DNA of 63,028 nt, filler included, from Chiloscyllium plagiosum (Eukaryota): the NCBI RefSeq assembly GCF_004010195.1. It is 3 parts of one record of this genome, joined end to end, with 100 filler letters (N's around TTAATTAATTAA, not from the genome) between each part and the next. Parts side by side here need not be neighbours in the genome. Positions count along the whole stretch, not along the records: positions 1 to 23,731 come from NC_057714.1; positions 23,832 to 55,458 come from NC_057714.1; 1 more part is not named here. The stretch is one strand, 5' to 3'. A program made the translations under genes and the position numbers. A model generated the notes under the pieces. That model made no database searches. It was not told where the DNA came from and saw only the letters and a program-made list of their open reading frames with translations. Shown one piece after another: positions 23,563 to 36,340 of the stretch; the stretch's first letter is position 1; the number at the start of each line of letters is the position of its first letter.

Positions 23563-24030
23563 ATGAGGTAAAAACAATGACTGCAGATGCTGGAAACCAG
23601 ATTCTGGATTAGTGGTGCTGGAAGAGCACAGCAGTTCAGGCAGCATCCAAGGAGCTTTGAAATTGACGTTTCGGGCAAGAGCCCTTCATCAAGAATAAAG
23701 GCAGTGAGCCTGGAGTGTGGAGAGATAAGCTNNNNNNNNNNNNNNNNNNNNNNNNNNNNNNNNNNNNNNNNNNNNTTAATTAATTAANNNNNNNNNNNNN
23801 NNNNNNNNNNNNNNNNNNNNNNNNNNNNNNNCCCACTCCGGCCTATCACCCTCACCTTAACCTCCTTCCACCTATCGCATTTCCAATGCCCCTCCCCCAA
23901 GTCCCCCTCCCTACCTTTTATCTTAGCCTGCTGGGCACACTTTCCTCATTCCTGAAGAAGGGCTCATGCCCGAAACGTCGATTCTCCTGCTCCTTGGATG
24001 CCTGACCTGCTGCACATTTTCAGCATTACA
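23563..24030. mobile_element. PLE family A arms in inverted orientation on either side of an assembly gap
   Basis: Minus arm 23563-23731 (core 23665-23692, C3 mutated) and plus arm 23832-24025 (intact core 23952-23979). Confidence 0.75.
23732..23831. other. assembly gap with TTAATTAATTAA spacer
   Basis: Ns flanking TTAATTAATTAA at 23776-23787. Confidence 0.98.
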
Positions 24031-25317
24031 TGATGGCTGCCAATTGTGTCAGCTTGCTTGCTTTCAAAACAGCTACCCTTTCAAACACTGGTTTTAAAAC
24101 AGCTTTTTCTCATTTCTCTTCACTGTTATTTAAAAAAAACATAAATATAAAACAGTCTTTACACTATTTTGCAATGTTCTTTGAATAATCAAGATTAACT
24201 ATTTTTAATAAACCTGTTCAGACTTGTTATAACATAGAAGCAGCTGAGACTTGAACCCAGACCTTTTGGCCCAGAGATAGGGACGTATTTAGATTTTTGA
24301 ATGTTGCTCTGAAATGTTGTTACAGTCTTAATTTTTTTTAGTTACTGATAGTAAGTCATTAATTTAAATTTCTACATGAATTCTGATTTGATTTGCTTTA
24401 TTTATTGTCATGTGTATTTATAACAAATGCAGTGAAAAGTGTTTTTAATGTCACTATTCTCCAGTGCCATCTTGAAACACAGAAAATAGACCACAACACA
24501 GATTATAAAGCCAGAAAGTAAAACAATGAAGTTCATCTTATTGTCTTATTTTAATAAAAATAGGTGGTCTTCGGAACAGCTTCCACTTCTAGCTCAGCAA
24601 TGGGCCTGGATCTGAACTCTTTCATCCCAATGCCTTGGGTCCTTGCCTCCATAACCTCGCTTAGCTGCGCCACTGTTGCTGGAAGGAAGAATCGCCCTCT
24701 CTGATGCCTGATTGATTTCAATGTTATTATGCACTCTGGTCATTTTTGTGCCATTTGCCACAAATCTTTAATATTTTCAACTTTGCCTGTATTGTTCCAA
24801 AATATATTAATTAGAGATTATAAAGTCAGTGCTTGAACCCATTTAACTATTTCCTGAATGACTGAGTAACTATTGAGAAATGAATGAGAAAAATGAAGAA
24901 GTTACAGTGAAAAAGCTGAATAAACCAGATTATATCCAGATGTCATCATCTGCGAGACTGGTATCAAAAACAATATCCTCTGGCAGGATTGGGATTTGTT
25001 CTGGTAGGATTGGTTCAGGCCAGAGGTGGTGTTGGGTCAAACCGCGCAGGTGGGTGTGGGAAGGCCGTTGGGTTGGCTAGTGTCAGGGGTCAGGCAGGGG
25101 TTAGATTCAGAGGTGAGTTGGGGGTCATTCTAATAGTTAGGCAGGTGTTAGAGTAGGTTTTCTTTCCTTGCTAGGTAACTATTAAGCTTAAATGAGTCAG
25201 AATTCTCTAAATCCTCTGACCTTGATTGACATTTTTCGGAGAGCTCTGTATGCGTGGGAATTGTCCTTCAGAAAATTCTAGTTCCCGGAAAATTCCCACA
25301 AATTCAACTGTGTCAAG

Positions 25318-25940
25318 TGTTATGGATCAGGCCAGAACCACTCAAAGTATTTCAAGTAACTCAGACCCTAACTTGGTTAATTGTTTAAGCAGGTGTAAGG
25401 TGGATATTCCAGGAGTGATACAGCTGGTCCAATTACTTCATTTTAAACAAAACAGAATTTATTTTCGAGATTACCGAATGAATCACAACAAAAGAGAATA
25501 GGATACTGAATAACTTTACCTGTCCAAAATGTCAACAGATTATCCCAACTTAATGATGTCCCAAATACTTGCAACAATCCCATTAAACACCCCTTGGCAC
25601 AAAAGGTAAAATCAAACACAGGTTCTTACAGGAGAGAAGTCAGGAAGAGATCAGCAGATACCTGCTTCTTTGGGTCAAGCAGCTTTTACAACATTACTAC
25701 TAAAAAAACAAACACAAGCCAGAGAAAGGCTGAGCTGGGAGAACAGGCCAATCCCCGTTCATTGTGCAAGTATTATTCTAAAACCTGAAAGCCTTTTTCC
25801 TGAGGCAATATCTGTTATCTATAATCAAATTGGCTCTGAACCCCTTCAACCCCAAACATTTTGGAGTCTGTGTCTTTTAGACCTCTCTGAAAGAAAAGCC
25901 AAGGACAGCATAACCTTGTTAAAGGACCAGCATCATCACC
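25318..25940. mobile_element. Solo LTR (4-bp TSD, Gypsy-like)
   Basis: Starts TGTTATGG; CAAG TSD at 25314-25317 and 25941-25944; homologous to 29684-30336. Confidence 0.8.
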
Positions 25941-26559
25941 CAAGGCTTCTACTTGGTTCCAGTGCAACTCCAGGTTATGCTGCTCCACCAACTCTCTGGC
26001 TGCCAGAACGGCCTATATATGTTGTAAAGAAATGTGTGGTTAAAAAACAGATAGTGAATCCTGCAAAGTGGCTATCAGAGATCAGTTGAGTGGTCTTGTT
26101 GATTGAGTTGTAGCTAAAAAGGAAGACAGACTGACGAGTTCAGTCAGCATCAATCAGAAATGGATACATTTAGAATTTGATTGACCCTTGGACAACAGAA
26201 TTGCACCCTCTAAAGTTATGAGAGTTCAAATTCAGAAAGAAAAAATAGGAGGCTGGAAGGGCAATGCAGGAAGTTCCAGCATAATTAACCATGCTTTGTG
26301 GAACAAGATTTAGCAAAATTAACACTGTATCTATCATAGCTATTGATCAATATAGCTGGGCTGAGAAACAACATCCTAGCAGAACTTCAAGAAGAGTTCA
26401 GAATGTACCGACAGACAGAGAAATGTGTGGATTAAGAAGCCAGAAAAAGGCAATCCAGTCAAAGGCCTGTTGCATTGAACCAGGCTATCAGGGTCAAAAC
26501 CTGCAGTGTCCATAAAAGCAAATAAAGGAGCCTTCCCTCCCTCCCAAACTTTGTCCTGC

Positions 26560-27670
26560 TCAGGTGTTAACCAATGTTACACAATGTTCAGCACCATTCA
26601 CGACTCTTCAGATACTGAAGTAGACCATATTCAAATACAAATCAATCTGGACAATATCCAGGCTTAGGCTGAAAAGTGGCAAGTAACATTCATGCCACAC
26701 AAATGCCAGGTGATGACCATTCTCAATAAGAGACAATCTAATCATTGCCCTTGATATTCAATGTTGTTACTATCACTAAATTCCCACAATCAACACCGTG
26801 GGGGTTACCATTGACTAGAAATTGAATTGGATGTGTCATATAAATACAGTCTGTTTTGCTATAATGTGTGGTCTTCAACACGAATGGGCTTTAAAGTGAT
26901 TGAAGAATTTAGACCATTATTTGTAGAACGTGAACACTCTGTACCTGCATTGGCTATAATGCGATTCCAGCCCCATTAGTTTAAATGGTGCAGCTATTGC
27001 GTGATTTTCTTATAATGCGAGATCACATGAGAATGGAACTGTCGTGTTATATCAGGACCGATTATACAATGACTACAAGAGCAGGTCAGACACTAGGAAT
27101 GCTGCAATGAGTAACTTATCTCCTGACTCCTCAAAACCTGACCACCATGAACAAAGCACAAGTCAGGAATCTGATGGAATGTACCCATGTGTCTGGATGA
27201 GTGCAGATCCAACATCACTCAGAAAGCTTGACATCATCCAAGACAAAGCAGTGCCCACTCAATTGATACCACACCCACAAATGTTCAATCCCTCCACCAT
27301 CGGCGCTCAACAGTAGCAGCATGTGCTATCTACAAAGTGCATTGCAGAAATCCACCAAAAATCCTTAGACAGCGTCTTCAACACCCACTTCCGTCTAGAA
27401 GGGCAAGGGGCAACAGATACATGGGAACACTACCACATTCAAGTTCCATTCCAAGCCACTCACCATCCTGTCTTAGAAATTGTCATCTTTGCTGTTGCTG
27501 GTCAAAACCTTGAAATTGTTACCTGAATGACATTGTGGATCTATCTACAACACATGGATTGCAGTGGTTCAAGAAGACAACTCCCCACCACAGTCTCAAA
27601 GGCAACTAGGGATGGGCCATCAGTACTGACTGAGCCAGCCATGCCCACGTTCCACAAGTATACAAAAAAA
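26560..27670 (+). mobile_element. CR1/L2-like LINE 3' end interrupted by a MITE
   Basis: Collinear with 2640-3400; RKLDIIQDKA motif. Confidence 0.75.
26847..27064. mobile_element. Tc1/mariner (Tigger-like) MITE
   Basis: TA on both sides; imperfect TIRs CAGTCTGTTTTGCTATAA / TTATATCAGGACCGATTA; interrupts the LINE. Confidence 0.6.
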
Positions 27671-28129
27671 ACCTGTGGGAGAAATCTTTAACGTTTGACC
27701 TCTGAAACCAGTGCATTGCTGAATTCTGACAAGCTTTTCAACCCCCTATCCTTGGAAATAGAATCTTTAAACACATAAATAATCCTGCAACAATAACATT
27801 TTTACTGATCTTACTTTCACCATTATAAAGATCTTTTATCCATACCTGCTGTTAATGTTCATATCTGTATTTTAGACAAAGAATGTATCTCCATTTTACT
27901 TTGGAACTTTCAGCAATAGTTGTCTAATAAACTAACCTTTATCTAACTTACAGGAAGAACCTTGCTGCTAGTTACTTTTAAATTAGAACACTCTAAAAGC
28001 TAAAAGAGTTTGATTTAAACTTTTATAAATTTGTAGTTATGTTGTCATCTAAGGTGTGGTTGTGACATTAGTTAGTGATACTTTAAAACTAAAGTTGGAA
28101 TTTTGCAGGGATCTGAGCAGCAGAGGTTT

Positions 28130-28407
28130 AACTAGATGTTAAATGTTCCCAAAATGGAAGCCTGAGCAGATACATAGAAACTTTAACTGGCTGTTTGGTC
28201 CTCTGGGTCACCATCTTGGACACCTAGCGACAATGACTTCAGACACACAGCAGGGTACCAGCTGCATAAATCCACAGACATTAGCATCCAACCACTGCCA
28301 ACCTCTTACTACCGTTATGGACAAGGCCAGACCCCTCTCAAAACATTGCAAGAAAGGAGCCCAGACCCTAACTTTGCTGGTTGTTTTAAGCAGGTGAAAC
28401 GGGATAT
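28130..28407 (+). repeat. Local direct duplication, copy 1 (flank plus first ~95 bp of LTR)
   Basis: Collinear with 29508-29779 (CCTCTGGGTCACCATCTTGGACACC...CAGCAGGGTACCAGCTGCATA...GTTATGGACAAGGCCAGAC). Confidence 0.9.
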
Positions 28408-29119
28408 GGTGAGATCTGTATCAGAATGAGATGAGATGCTTGATGAGGCCTACCTCACGGTTGAGAGAAGCTTCCTGCATTTTTTGCGTTTTTGCTGAGT
28501 GGCAAAGCGAGATCCTTTTTTGACAGTGGTGAATTACGTGGGATTGTTGTCTATTAAGTGTCTAGTTAATGACTTAAAACACCTCAGTAATATTCAGCTT
28601 CCTATCTTATCAAACTACGGCAAACAAACTAGTTGTCAAGAACTCGCGATACTATAAAGACAGTATCTTGTTATTTTTCCGCATTTTGGAATTTGGATTG
28701 AAATACGAACACAATTGTCTTAAAAAAGAAACAAGGATTGTTGAACAATCGCTGCACTTTTTAAATGCAGATAACCTGCTCCTCAATGGTGTTTACACAG
28801 TACTTGGTAAAACAGTGGAACCTTATTTTGCAGAAAAGCTGGAGCCAAGGATTGTATACAATTGGAGCTTTGGCTGGCAAAAATCAGCGGATTGGTCGAC
28901 GACCAATTATTGATTGGTCATCTGCTCAGAAACAACAACATAATTGACTCACAGGTAGCTGGACAGCTGCAGGCGGGTGCATGTGAGAGTTTTGACAGAA
29001 CCAATTAAATCTTATGGGAGAAGGAGCTATCCCTTCTCCCTGCAGCACAAACCATCTCAGCCTGCAGTGTTTGGATTGGGACATGGGAATTAATTATCAC
29101 CTCAATAGTTTCCATCCTC

Positions 29120-29503
29120 CTAATATTTTATTGGAGGAAATTTCTGCTCATTGAGTACTGGCTGTAGGAAAAAAGAATCTGATAAGTTAGAAACACTGAA
29201 GGCGTTGGGAGACATGTTGGTGAGGTTGTACTGTGTATGGTCGGCAGACATGTAGAATCCAATATGCTGGCAGAATCTTGTAGGGCTCTGAATGACGTGG
29301 GCTACATCAAAATCTTGGGGGTCATGTGAGAAGTTGAACAAGGCCTTTGTCAAAGTCAAGAGCAACTCATTTCTTTTATAAACAGAGTTGAAACAAAATT
29401 CTTGCCAGTGAGTGGTGATACCTATGAATGAAAATTGTTGCTTGTCAACAGCCTTATTAACTGTGAAGCTAATCTCATTGATATGCAGTTCCAATTCTAC
29501 CAC
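29120..29503 (-). mobile_element. Possible hAT transposase relic
   Basis: ISFTVNKAVDKQQFSFIGITTHW resembles the hAT motif around the first catalytic Asp (xSxTxDxWxxxxxxSY/FxGxTxHW). Confidence 0.35.
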
Positions 29504-29683
29504 CTAAAACTAGATGTTAAATCTTCCCAAGTCTTAGCAGGTAAATGGACACTTTAACTTGCTGTGTGCTCCTCTGGGTCACCATCTTGGACACCCAGTG
29601 GCAATGCCTTTGGACACGCAGCAGGGTACCAGCTGCATACATCCACAGACATTGGCATCCACCCACTGCCAGCCTCTTATTAT

Positions 29684-30336
29684 TGTTATGGACAAGGCCA
29701 GACTCCCCTCAGAACATTTCAAGAAACTAGCCCAGACCCTAACTTTGCTAGTTGTTTTAAGCAGATGTAACGGGGATATTCCAGGAGGGATGCAGCTGAT
29801 CAAACCACTTAGTTTTAAACAAAACAGAATTTATTTGCAAGGTCACTGAATGAAACATAAACAAAAGAGAACAGAGTACAGAATAACTTAATCTATCTGA
29901 AAACCAAACAGATTATATCAATTTAATAATGCTGTGCCCCCCAGCAATCCCCATAAACACCCCTTGGCATAAAAGGTAAAATAAAACACAGTGTCTTACA
30001 GGAGAGGTGTCAGAGAGAGAGAGAGAGATGGCAGCTGTTTCTTGGATCAGCAGCCTCAAAAACAGCCCGACTGCTTTCAGTGAATAGCTAGACTGCCAAA
30101 AAATCAAATCAAACCAGAGAAAAGCTGAGCTGGGAGAACTGGCTACTTACCTTTCATTGTACAAGCATTTTTTTCTAAACTTAAACGCCTTTTGCCTGAG
30201 GCAGTATCTGTTAGTTATAATCAAATTGGTCCTAAACCTCATCCAAGCCAGACTTTTCAGAATCGCTGCTTTTATGACTTCTCTGAAAGAAAAGTTAGGG
30301 ACAGCATAACCTTGTTAAAGCAGTAGCACTGTAACA
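29684..30336. mobile_element. Solo LTR (same family as 25318-25940)
   Basis: TGTTA...TAACA termini; TSD TTAT/TTAC; internal (AG)n. Confidence 0.85.
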
Positions 30337-31159
30337 TTACCCTCATGCAACTTTGCAGATGCACTTATAGAATAATTCTGTGTTTTAAAACTACATTTTG
30401 TGGAAGGGGAACTGCACTGGAAAACAGCATCAAAATGCTTTTCATACCGGGCCAGGCACCTAGCTCACAGGTTGGTCCAGGCTGCACTTCATGGCTGCTT
30501 GCCTTGCTCTCTGAGCACTTACACACCTTGAGCCCACCTGGAATGTCACAGCATCCTGGAGCGTCATAGTATCCTGATATGTCACAGCATCCTTGCCTTG
30601 CTCTGCTTTATTGTGCTTTGCCCTCTGGTGTGAGATAATAGGCTCACAATATTTCTGTATTACCATGCCTTTTTCAGCACAAACTCAAAGCCAGGAAACT
30701 TGTCATGGTTATCGAGGGAGACAGCTGCCATTCAGATGGATCCTGGCACAGTAAGCCAAGGGCAGCCTGAATCATCATCCAAATGCTTGGGCACAGTTGG
30801 TCATCCAGTTCAGTTATCTTGTGTTTTCTCCACACAGGGGTGAATGTTGGGCACGGTCTTTCTGCAATAGTGTGGATTTCTCCTGCAATGAGAGAAACAG
30901 AGGGATTGAGTGAAGATGAAAGTGAGTAGCAATGAGGTTAATGCTGCTGCTAACTGGGGAAAGCAGCCTTGCCTCTAATGTTCTCTGGGGCTGACTGGGT
31001 CCCTGAGGCCCATGTGTGGCAGCAACTTCTGGAACCAAATGTCAATGGTGCAGTTGGCATGTCAATACCAATCACCATACACGGACTCTTGGACAGATTG
31101 CATGTGCACTCATCCACGCAGGGAATATTGGAGTCCCTTCCTCCTCCCCCCACCCCAAC

Positions 31160-31265
31160 ACATTCCTGTTGAAGGGCTTACACCTGAAGCATCAGCTCTC
31201 CTGCTCTTTGACTGCTGCCTGACCTGATGTGCATTTCCGGCGCCACCCTTTTCAACTCTGGCATC
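31160..31265 (+). mobile_element. Decayed PLE family A tail
   Basis: CTGTTGA-A-GGGCTTACACCT-GAAGC followed by family A tail sequence. Confidence 0.6.
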
Positions 31266-31430
31266 CCAAGCTGTGCAGAGGATCATGCTGAGTTAAAAGG
31301 GAGATTGTGGTATGTGAAAGCGAGTGAGGGAAGATGACACATGTAATTATGAGAGTGGTAGAGCCTGAACTTTGGCAGAAGGTGGGTACAGTGTCAGAGA
31401 TGGAGTGAATATGAGATAATTGTGACATTT

Positions 31431-31563
31431 TCGAGGAGAAAGTGAGGTCTGCAGATGCTGGAGATCAAAGTTGAAACTTTATTGCTGGAACAGCACAGCA
31501 GGTCAGGCAGCATCCCTGGATGCTGCCTGACCTGCTGTGCTGTTCCAGCAATAAAGTTTCAAC
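31431..31563. mobile_element. PLE family A palindrome lacking the hammerhead centre
   Basis: 14-bp TSD TAATTGTGACATTT at 31417-31430 and 31564-31577; perfect inverted arms. Confidence 0.88.
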
Positions 31564-31579
31564 TAATTGTGACATTTAC

Positions 31580-31852
31580 CTTGATTCATTCGAGGAGGAC
31601 CTTGAACTTCTTCCTTCACTGCTGGCCATTCCCTCCAGATATAGCTGAGACCACACTGACCTGCGTGGTTTCCTCAGACCAGGCTGTCACAATCTGATGG
31701 CGTATCATCCTCTGTTGGTCATGGGGACAAGAGGACATCCTGCTCTTCACCACCTCATCCACCATGATCTCAAGATGTGTCTCTACAAGCTGGGACTCAA
31801 ATTCTTCCTTGTCTACCACATCCAGGACAAACATGTTTCTCTGAGTGCACAA
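31580..31852 (-). mobile_element. PIF/Harbinger ORF2-like Myb/SANT domain relic
   Basis: LEIMVDEVVKSR...HQIVTAWSEETTQVSVVS...QQ*RKKFKVL, followed by a GT donor; homologous to 11443-11630. Confidence 0.65.
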
Positions 31853-32457
31853 TGGCCTTTTTAAGATGATGTGGGTGTGTGGAATGCCAGGTCATTTCAG
31901 TATATTCAGGCAGTGTGTTCTTGTGGATACAGTGAGATGGTAGAATCAGAATAGCATCAGGCAAGAGGGTGGCATGAGGGTGTGGTAGACAGTTAGTGAG
32001 GTGAGTCTGGGATATTGTGGTGAACACTCTCCATGGGCCTCGTGGAGAGAAACCATTTGTGTAACTCGACAAAACTGACACTTAGCCAAAATGTGGTAAG
32101 ATTCAGCCCTGTGCTTTTGGATAATGTTACCTAGAGGCAGAATGTCAATGAGAAGTTGGACCCCAAGAATAGATAGACTGGTGTGGAAACAGAGGCTGCT
32201 ATAGACAACTGTCTGTGTATGATTAAATAGCTAAAGGGTAGAACATGGGGAAGCTGGTGAAGAGAGCATTAAAATAACCAAACATGCAGGTAACAAAGCA
32301 TTGGTAAGAGTTTGAGTAGCAAGTTAACTGAGGTAGAGTAGAGATAGCAAACTTGTTAAGTTGGAAGCAGAATTTCCAGTGATGGAGACAAAATGTGGTT
32401 GGAAGATTAGCCTAGGGTCAAATAGAATCCAGGAACATAAGAAATAGGAACAGTATT

Positions 32458-32770
32458 CAAAGTTTGTGCGAAGATTTGTAGCTCGGGTGCTCGTTGCTGT
32501 GGTTCTGTTCGCCGAGCTGGAAGTTTTTGTTGCAAACGTTTCGTCCCCTGGCTAGGCGACATCATCAGTGCTGGGTACCCAATATACCAACCACGACAGC
32601 GGACAGCTGAAACTGACAACCAGAAGCGGCAGGGACAGACCACTATAAACACCGGAGGAAACATCAAAGAAGCGCTTCGCAGGAGGCTCCCAAGCACTGG
32701 TGATGTCGCCTAGCCAGGGAACAAAACGTTTGCAACAAAAACTTCCAGCTCGGCGAACAGAACCACAGCA
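32458..32770. mobile_element. PLE family B inverted-repeat element with two hammerheads
   Basis: 12-bp TSD AGGAACAGTATT at 32446-32457 and 32771-32782; homologous to 15308-15506. Confidence 0.85.
32532..32571 (-). ncRNA. Minimal type I hammerhead ribozyme (family B)
   Basis: Minus strand: GCA-CTGATGA-T-GTCGCC-TAGCCA-GGGGAC-GAAA-C-GTT-TGC. Confidence 0.75.
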
Positions 32771-35239
32771 AGGAACAGTATTAGACAACCCTGCTAGTCA
32801 AGATCGTAGCTGATCTGCTATGATTTTAACTCCATTTTCCTGTCTGTACCCCATAGCCTTCACCTCCCAGTCAATCAAAACTCTTATACAGGCTCAAATA
32901 TATGTGATGACTCAGCCTCAATGCTCACCAGCTGGGGTGGAGAATTCTAAACATAAACAGCACTGTGAAAATAAATTCCTCCTCAAATAGAATGCCAATG
33001 AACTAACACTATTCCTTCTGAGATAGTTGCATGAGGAGGGATTTGACTGCAGATAATGACTACCATTGTCTCAACGTTAGAAAATTGCTGCTGATTCAGG
33101 ATTAGATGTAAGATTAAATGTAGACAGAGTGAGAGCACCATGAGCAACAGTAATGTCATCAGGGAACATGTGGAACCTAAAATTATGGGTGGATTTTATC
33201 ACACACATGGTGCTTGAGTTGTGAGTTGGGAAAACAGGGGACATGTAGATTGGAGGCAAGCATTCATTTGAGCCCATAGTATTTTCAACTGCAGAACGTG
33301 TTGCATTGACTTTAGCGTTTTTAGTGGGGTGGAATGGACCCACAGAGCATCAGTAGCTCCCCAGTTCGAATGAGGTGAGAGTTGAGCAGCATACAAATGT
33401 ATGCTGAAACCTACCTCAAGGTAGAGCTCATGCCTGAGTATTTGTGTCTAGATTTATGTAAGTGAGAGATTGCAGGATTGTGTTCTCATAGGTTTATGAT
33501 GGTGGGTACAGATATGGAGGGTGCATAGAAACAGTAGGCTGTTCAAATGTTCAAAGGATCTCCAAACATTCCATCTATCATGCAAGGTCCTTGCTTGACA
33601 ATTTTAGGAATACAAATCCCTTTTAAGAGTAGACCCCTTGGATCTTTGGTACTTAAGAACTGAGTTTGTCTCCAGTAGGGGATTGGTAAGAGAGAACAGA
33701 TGGTAGGGAATGAGGGAGGAAGGTTCTGTTGCAGTGGTAGGAAAGGGGAAATGTTAGTTGATCTTTATTTCATGCAATAAAACAAGCAGAGTCTCAGAAT
33801 TTTTTTCCTCTCTTATTCAGTTTGTCGGAGTGTATGTCGATGTATAAAACATCGCTAACTGGGGAAATAGTTTTGAGGATTTGAGGCCACTAGGGTCTAG
33901 TGAACATCCATTGCCTGGAGCAATGACAGTGGCCTTTTACTGCCCTTTAAGGGATTGTTTGAAGACATTTTTGGATTTCTCAGTCATGACCCATTGCTGT
34001 ATCAAACTGGTAGTATCGGCATTGTTCCATAGGGCAAGGTAATACATGAGGTTTCCCACCAATCAGGGAAGTCAAACTAAGAGAACCATTAGATTCAAAA
34101 TCATTCCAGGGTTCCCTCAAGACTGAGAGGTTATAGACTCATAGGTGTGACGATCAAGTCTCCCATAGAGCACTCAGACTCATTCATGAACAGGACAAGC
34201 TTTCATTCCCTCAAAGTTTAAAACATTTGCAACCACTCTTCAGGTATGTACAAAATTCTTGGAAAACTACCATAAGTCATACTTCCTAAGATCAAGTGCT
34301 TCAATTGTTCACCCCCATCTGAAAGTTTGCATGAATGGATCCAGGGTGACAATGGATAGTCATTGATGACATGGTTGCTTACATAAGTGTAGAATCCCAA
34401 TAACGGGGCAGATCAACCTGACACCACGTGCTTCAGAACTGCAAGGATTACCAAAGGATATTACTCAAGCAATTGGTCCTCTGAAATAATTGTTCAGAAG
34501 CTTGGATCATTCTAGATATGCTCTCCAATACAAATCTTCACAAGTCTCCCATGTGCTGTGATACACACAATCAAACATGACAAAGCTGAACTGGTGGTGG
34601 ACAACACTATTGAGTGTTCCACTTTCTCCTCCATCAAGATAACGTAGAAATTCACTTAGTCCCGGTATGCAGTACCAATGCACATGAGGAGCCAATGGGT
34701 ATAGTCATTGATATATTTATGGGAGACCACTCATTGGGATTTATTTTAATTAATGGGGGAAAGAGAGCTTGATTGCAAAGCAAATTAGAATGCTAAATGT
34801 GTTTCTTGTGCAATAAATACAAGCCTTCAAAAAATTAAGAAGTGAAATAGGGAAAATGTAAAGCAGATGGTAGGGAATTGATGGCCCAATTTCTCTCAAG
34901 CCTGATTCTGACTTTTCATGAGCCTCCATCCACTATTGACCATAAACAACAACTCTACCCTCTTGTAAAGATTTTGCAGCACTGGATACGGCTACATACT
35001 AAATTCAGACAGGCCCACTTTTTGATTGTTTTTCATTCAAAAAGTTTACAATCCCACACAAAAATATCAGAAGGTCAGTAGTTAAGTAAATGTAATGTAA
35101 GGTGGTCATTGAAAGGCATTAAGGAACAGGTTCATGCAAAATCATGGAGGCATCTTTGTTTTGCTTTGACCCCTGTGTCTGAATACAAAAAATGAAAAAT
35201 TGCTCGTTATGCAAAAATTACTTGGGTAAATATTAAGTA

Positions 35240-35600
35240 ACATGTAGAGGTAATGGCCTAGTGTTATTATCGCTGGATTGTTAATTCCAGAGGCCCAGAT
35301 AATGTTTTGGGGACCCAGGTTTGAATCTGGCCAGAGCAGATAATGGACAATTGAATTCAATAAAAATCTGGAATCAAGAGTCTAATTATGACAATGAAAC
35401 AATTGTCAGAAAAACCTATCTGGTTCACTAATGTCCTTTAGTGAAGGAAACTGCTACCCTTACCAGGTCTGGCCTACATTTGACTCCAGACCCACAGCAA
35501 TGCAATTGACCCTTAACTGCCTTCTGGGTAATTAGAGATGAACAACAAATGCCAATCTAGCCAGCGACACCCACATCCTAAAAATGGCTAAAACAAAAAG
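35240..35600 (+). mobile_element. tRNA-derived SINE sharing the 3' tail of the CR1/L2-like LINE
   Basis: GGTAATGGCCTAGTG...GGTTTGAATC head; tail similar to 3330-3400; related copy at 60190-60830 (-). Confidence 0.7.
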
Positions 35601-36340
35601 AACGTTAAAAAATACACGAAAAATCATAAATATAAAATTGGTCAAGTGAGGATGTTAGATTAATTTCAGGAAGGATTGAACACTAATAATGCAAAATTAA
35701 TAGAAAGAAGGCAGCAGATTGAAGGCTCAGATATTTTAGTTAATAGCAGCAAGTAAGGAAAACCTATGGAGATCTGAAATTTATTGATTTGATTCTATTG
35801 CTTTCAAATGGAGGCTGCAAACCATACATTCACTTCAATTTTCCTAAATGCTGGATCTATTTTCTTCCTGCAAAAAAAACAGAAATTAAAGCTGAAAATA
35901 AAACAATATCACATTGTAGAATTATTAAAATGCAGTGATAATATCACTATTTGCCAACACCAAATGTTTCCAAATTAATCTTGTAATCTAAATTTTATTC
36001 ACGTAAAACCTTAGTTAGAATTAAAAGCAACTTTTCACATGCCGAAGTAATGGCACCAATCTTACTGGAACAGAATGTTATGCCTTGCTTTGCCAGCCTA
36101 TTCTGCACACAGTAGAAATTAATTATCTTCAATTTACTGGACATGTGGGAGACTCTTTTAGGGGCCTGAATGCTGTGGTTTATGATTAGGTTTGGTTCAG
36201 AATCATGCAAGAAGTTTAGACTGACCGATGTCAACATCGAGAGCAACCTGCTGCATCATTTTTTAAATTCTTTACTGTGGTACCACACTGGAAAGTAAGC
36301 ACTGTTTTTTTATCCCATTTTTTAATCCCATTTTATCCCA

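Noticed and set aside
23776..23787. TTAATTAATTAA palindrome inside Ns (also 55503-55514)
   Set aside because: Identical 12-mer centred in two 100-bp N gaps; a scaffolding spacer, not biology.
33950..34730. Possible integrase relic on the minus strand
   Set aside because: Only a vague His/Cys pattern; insufficient without a profile search.
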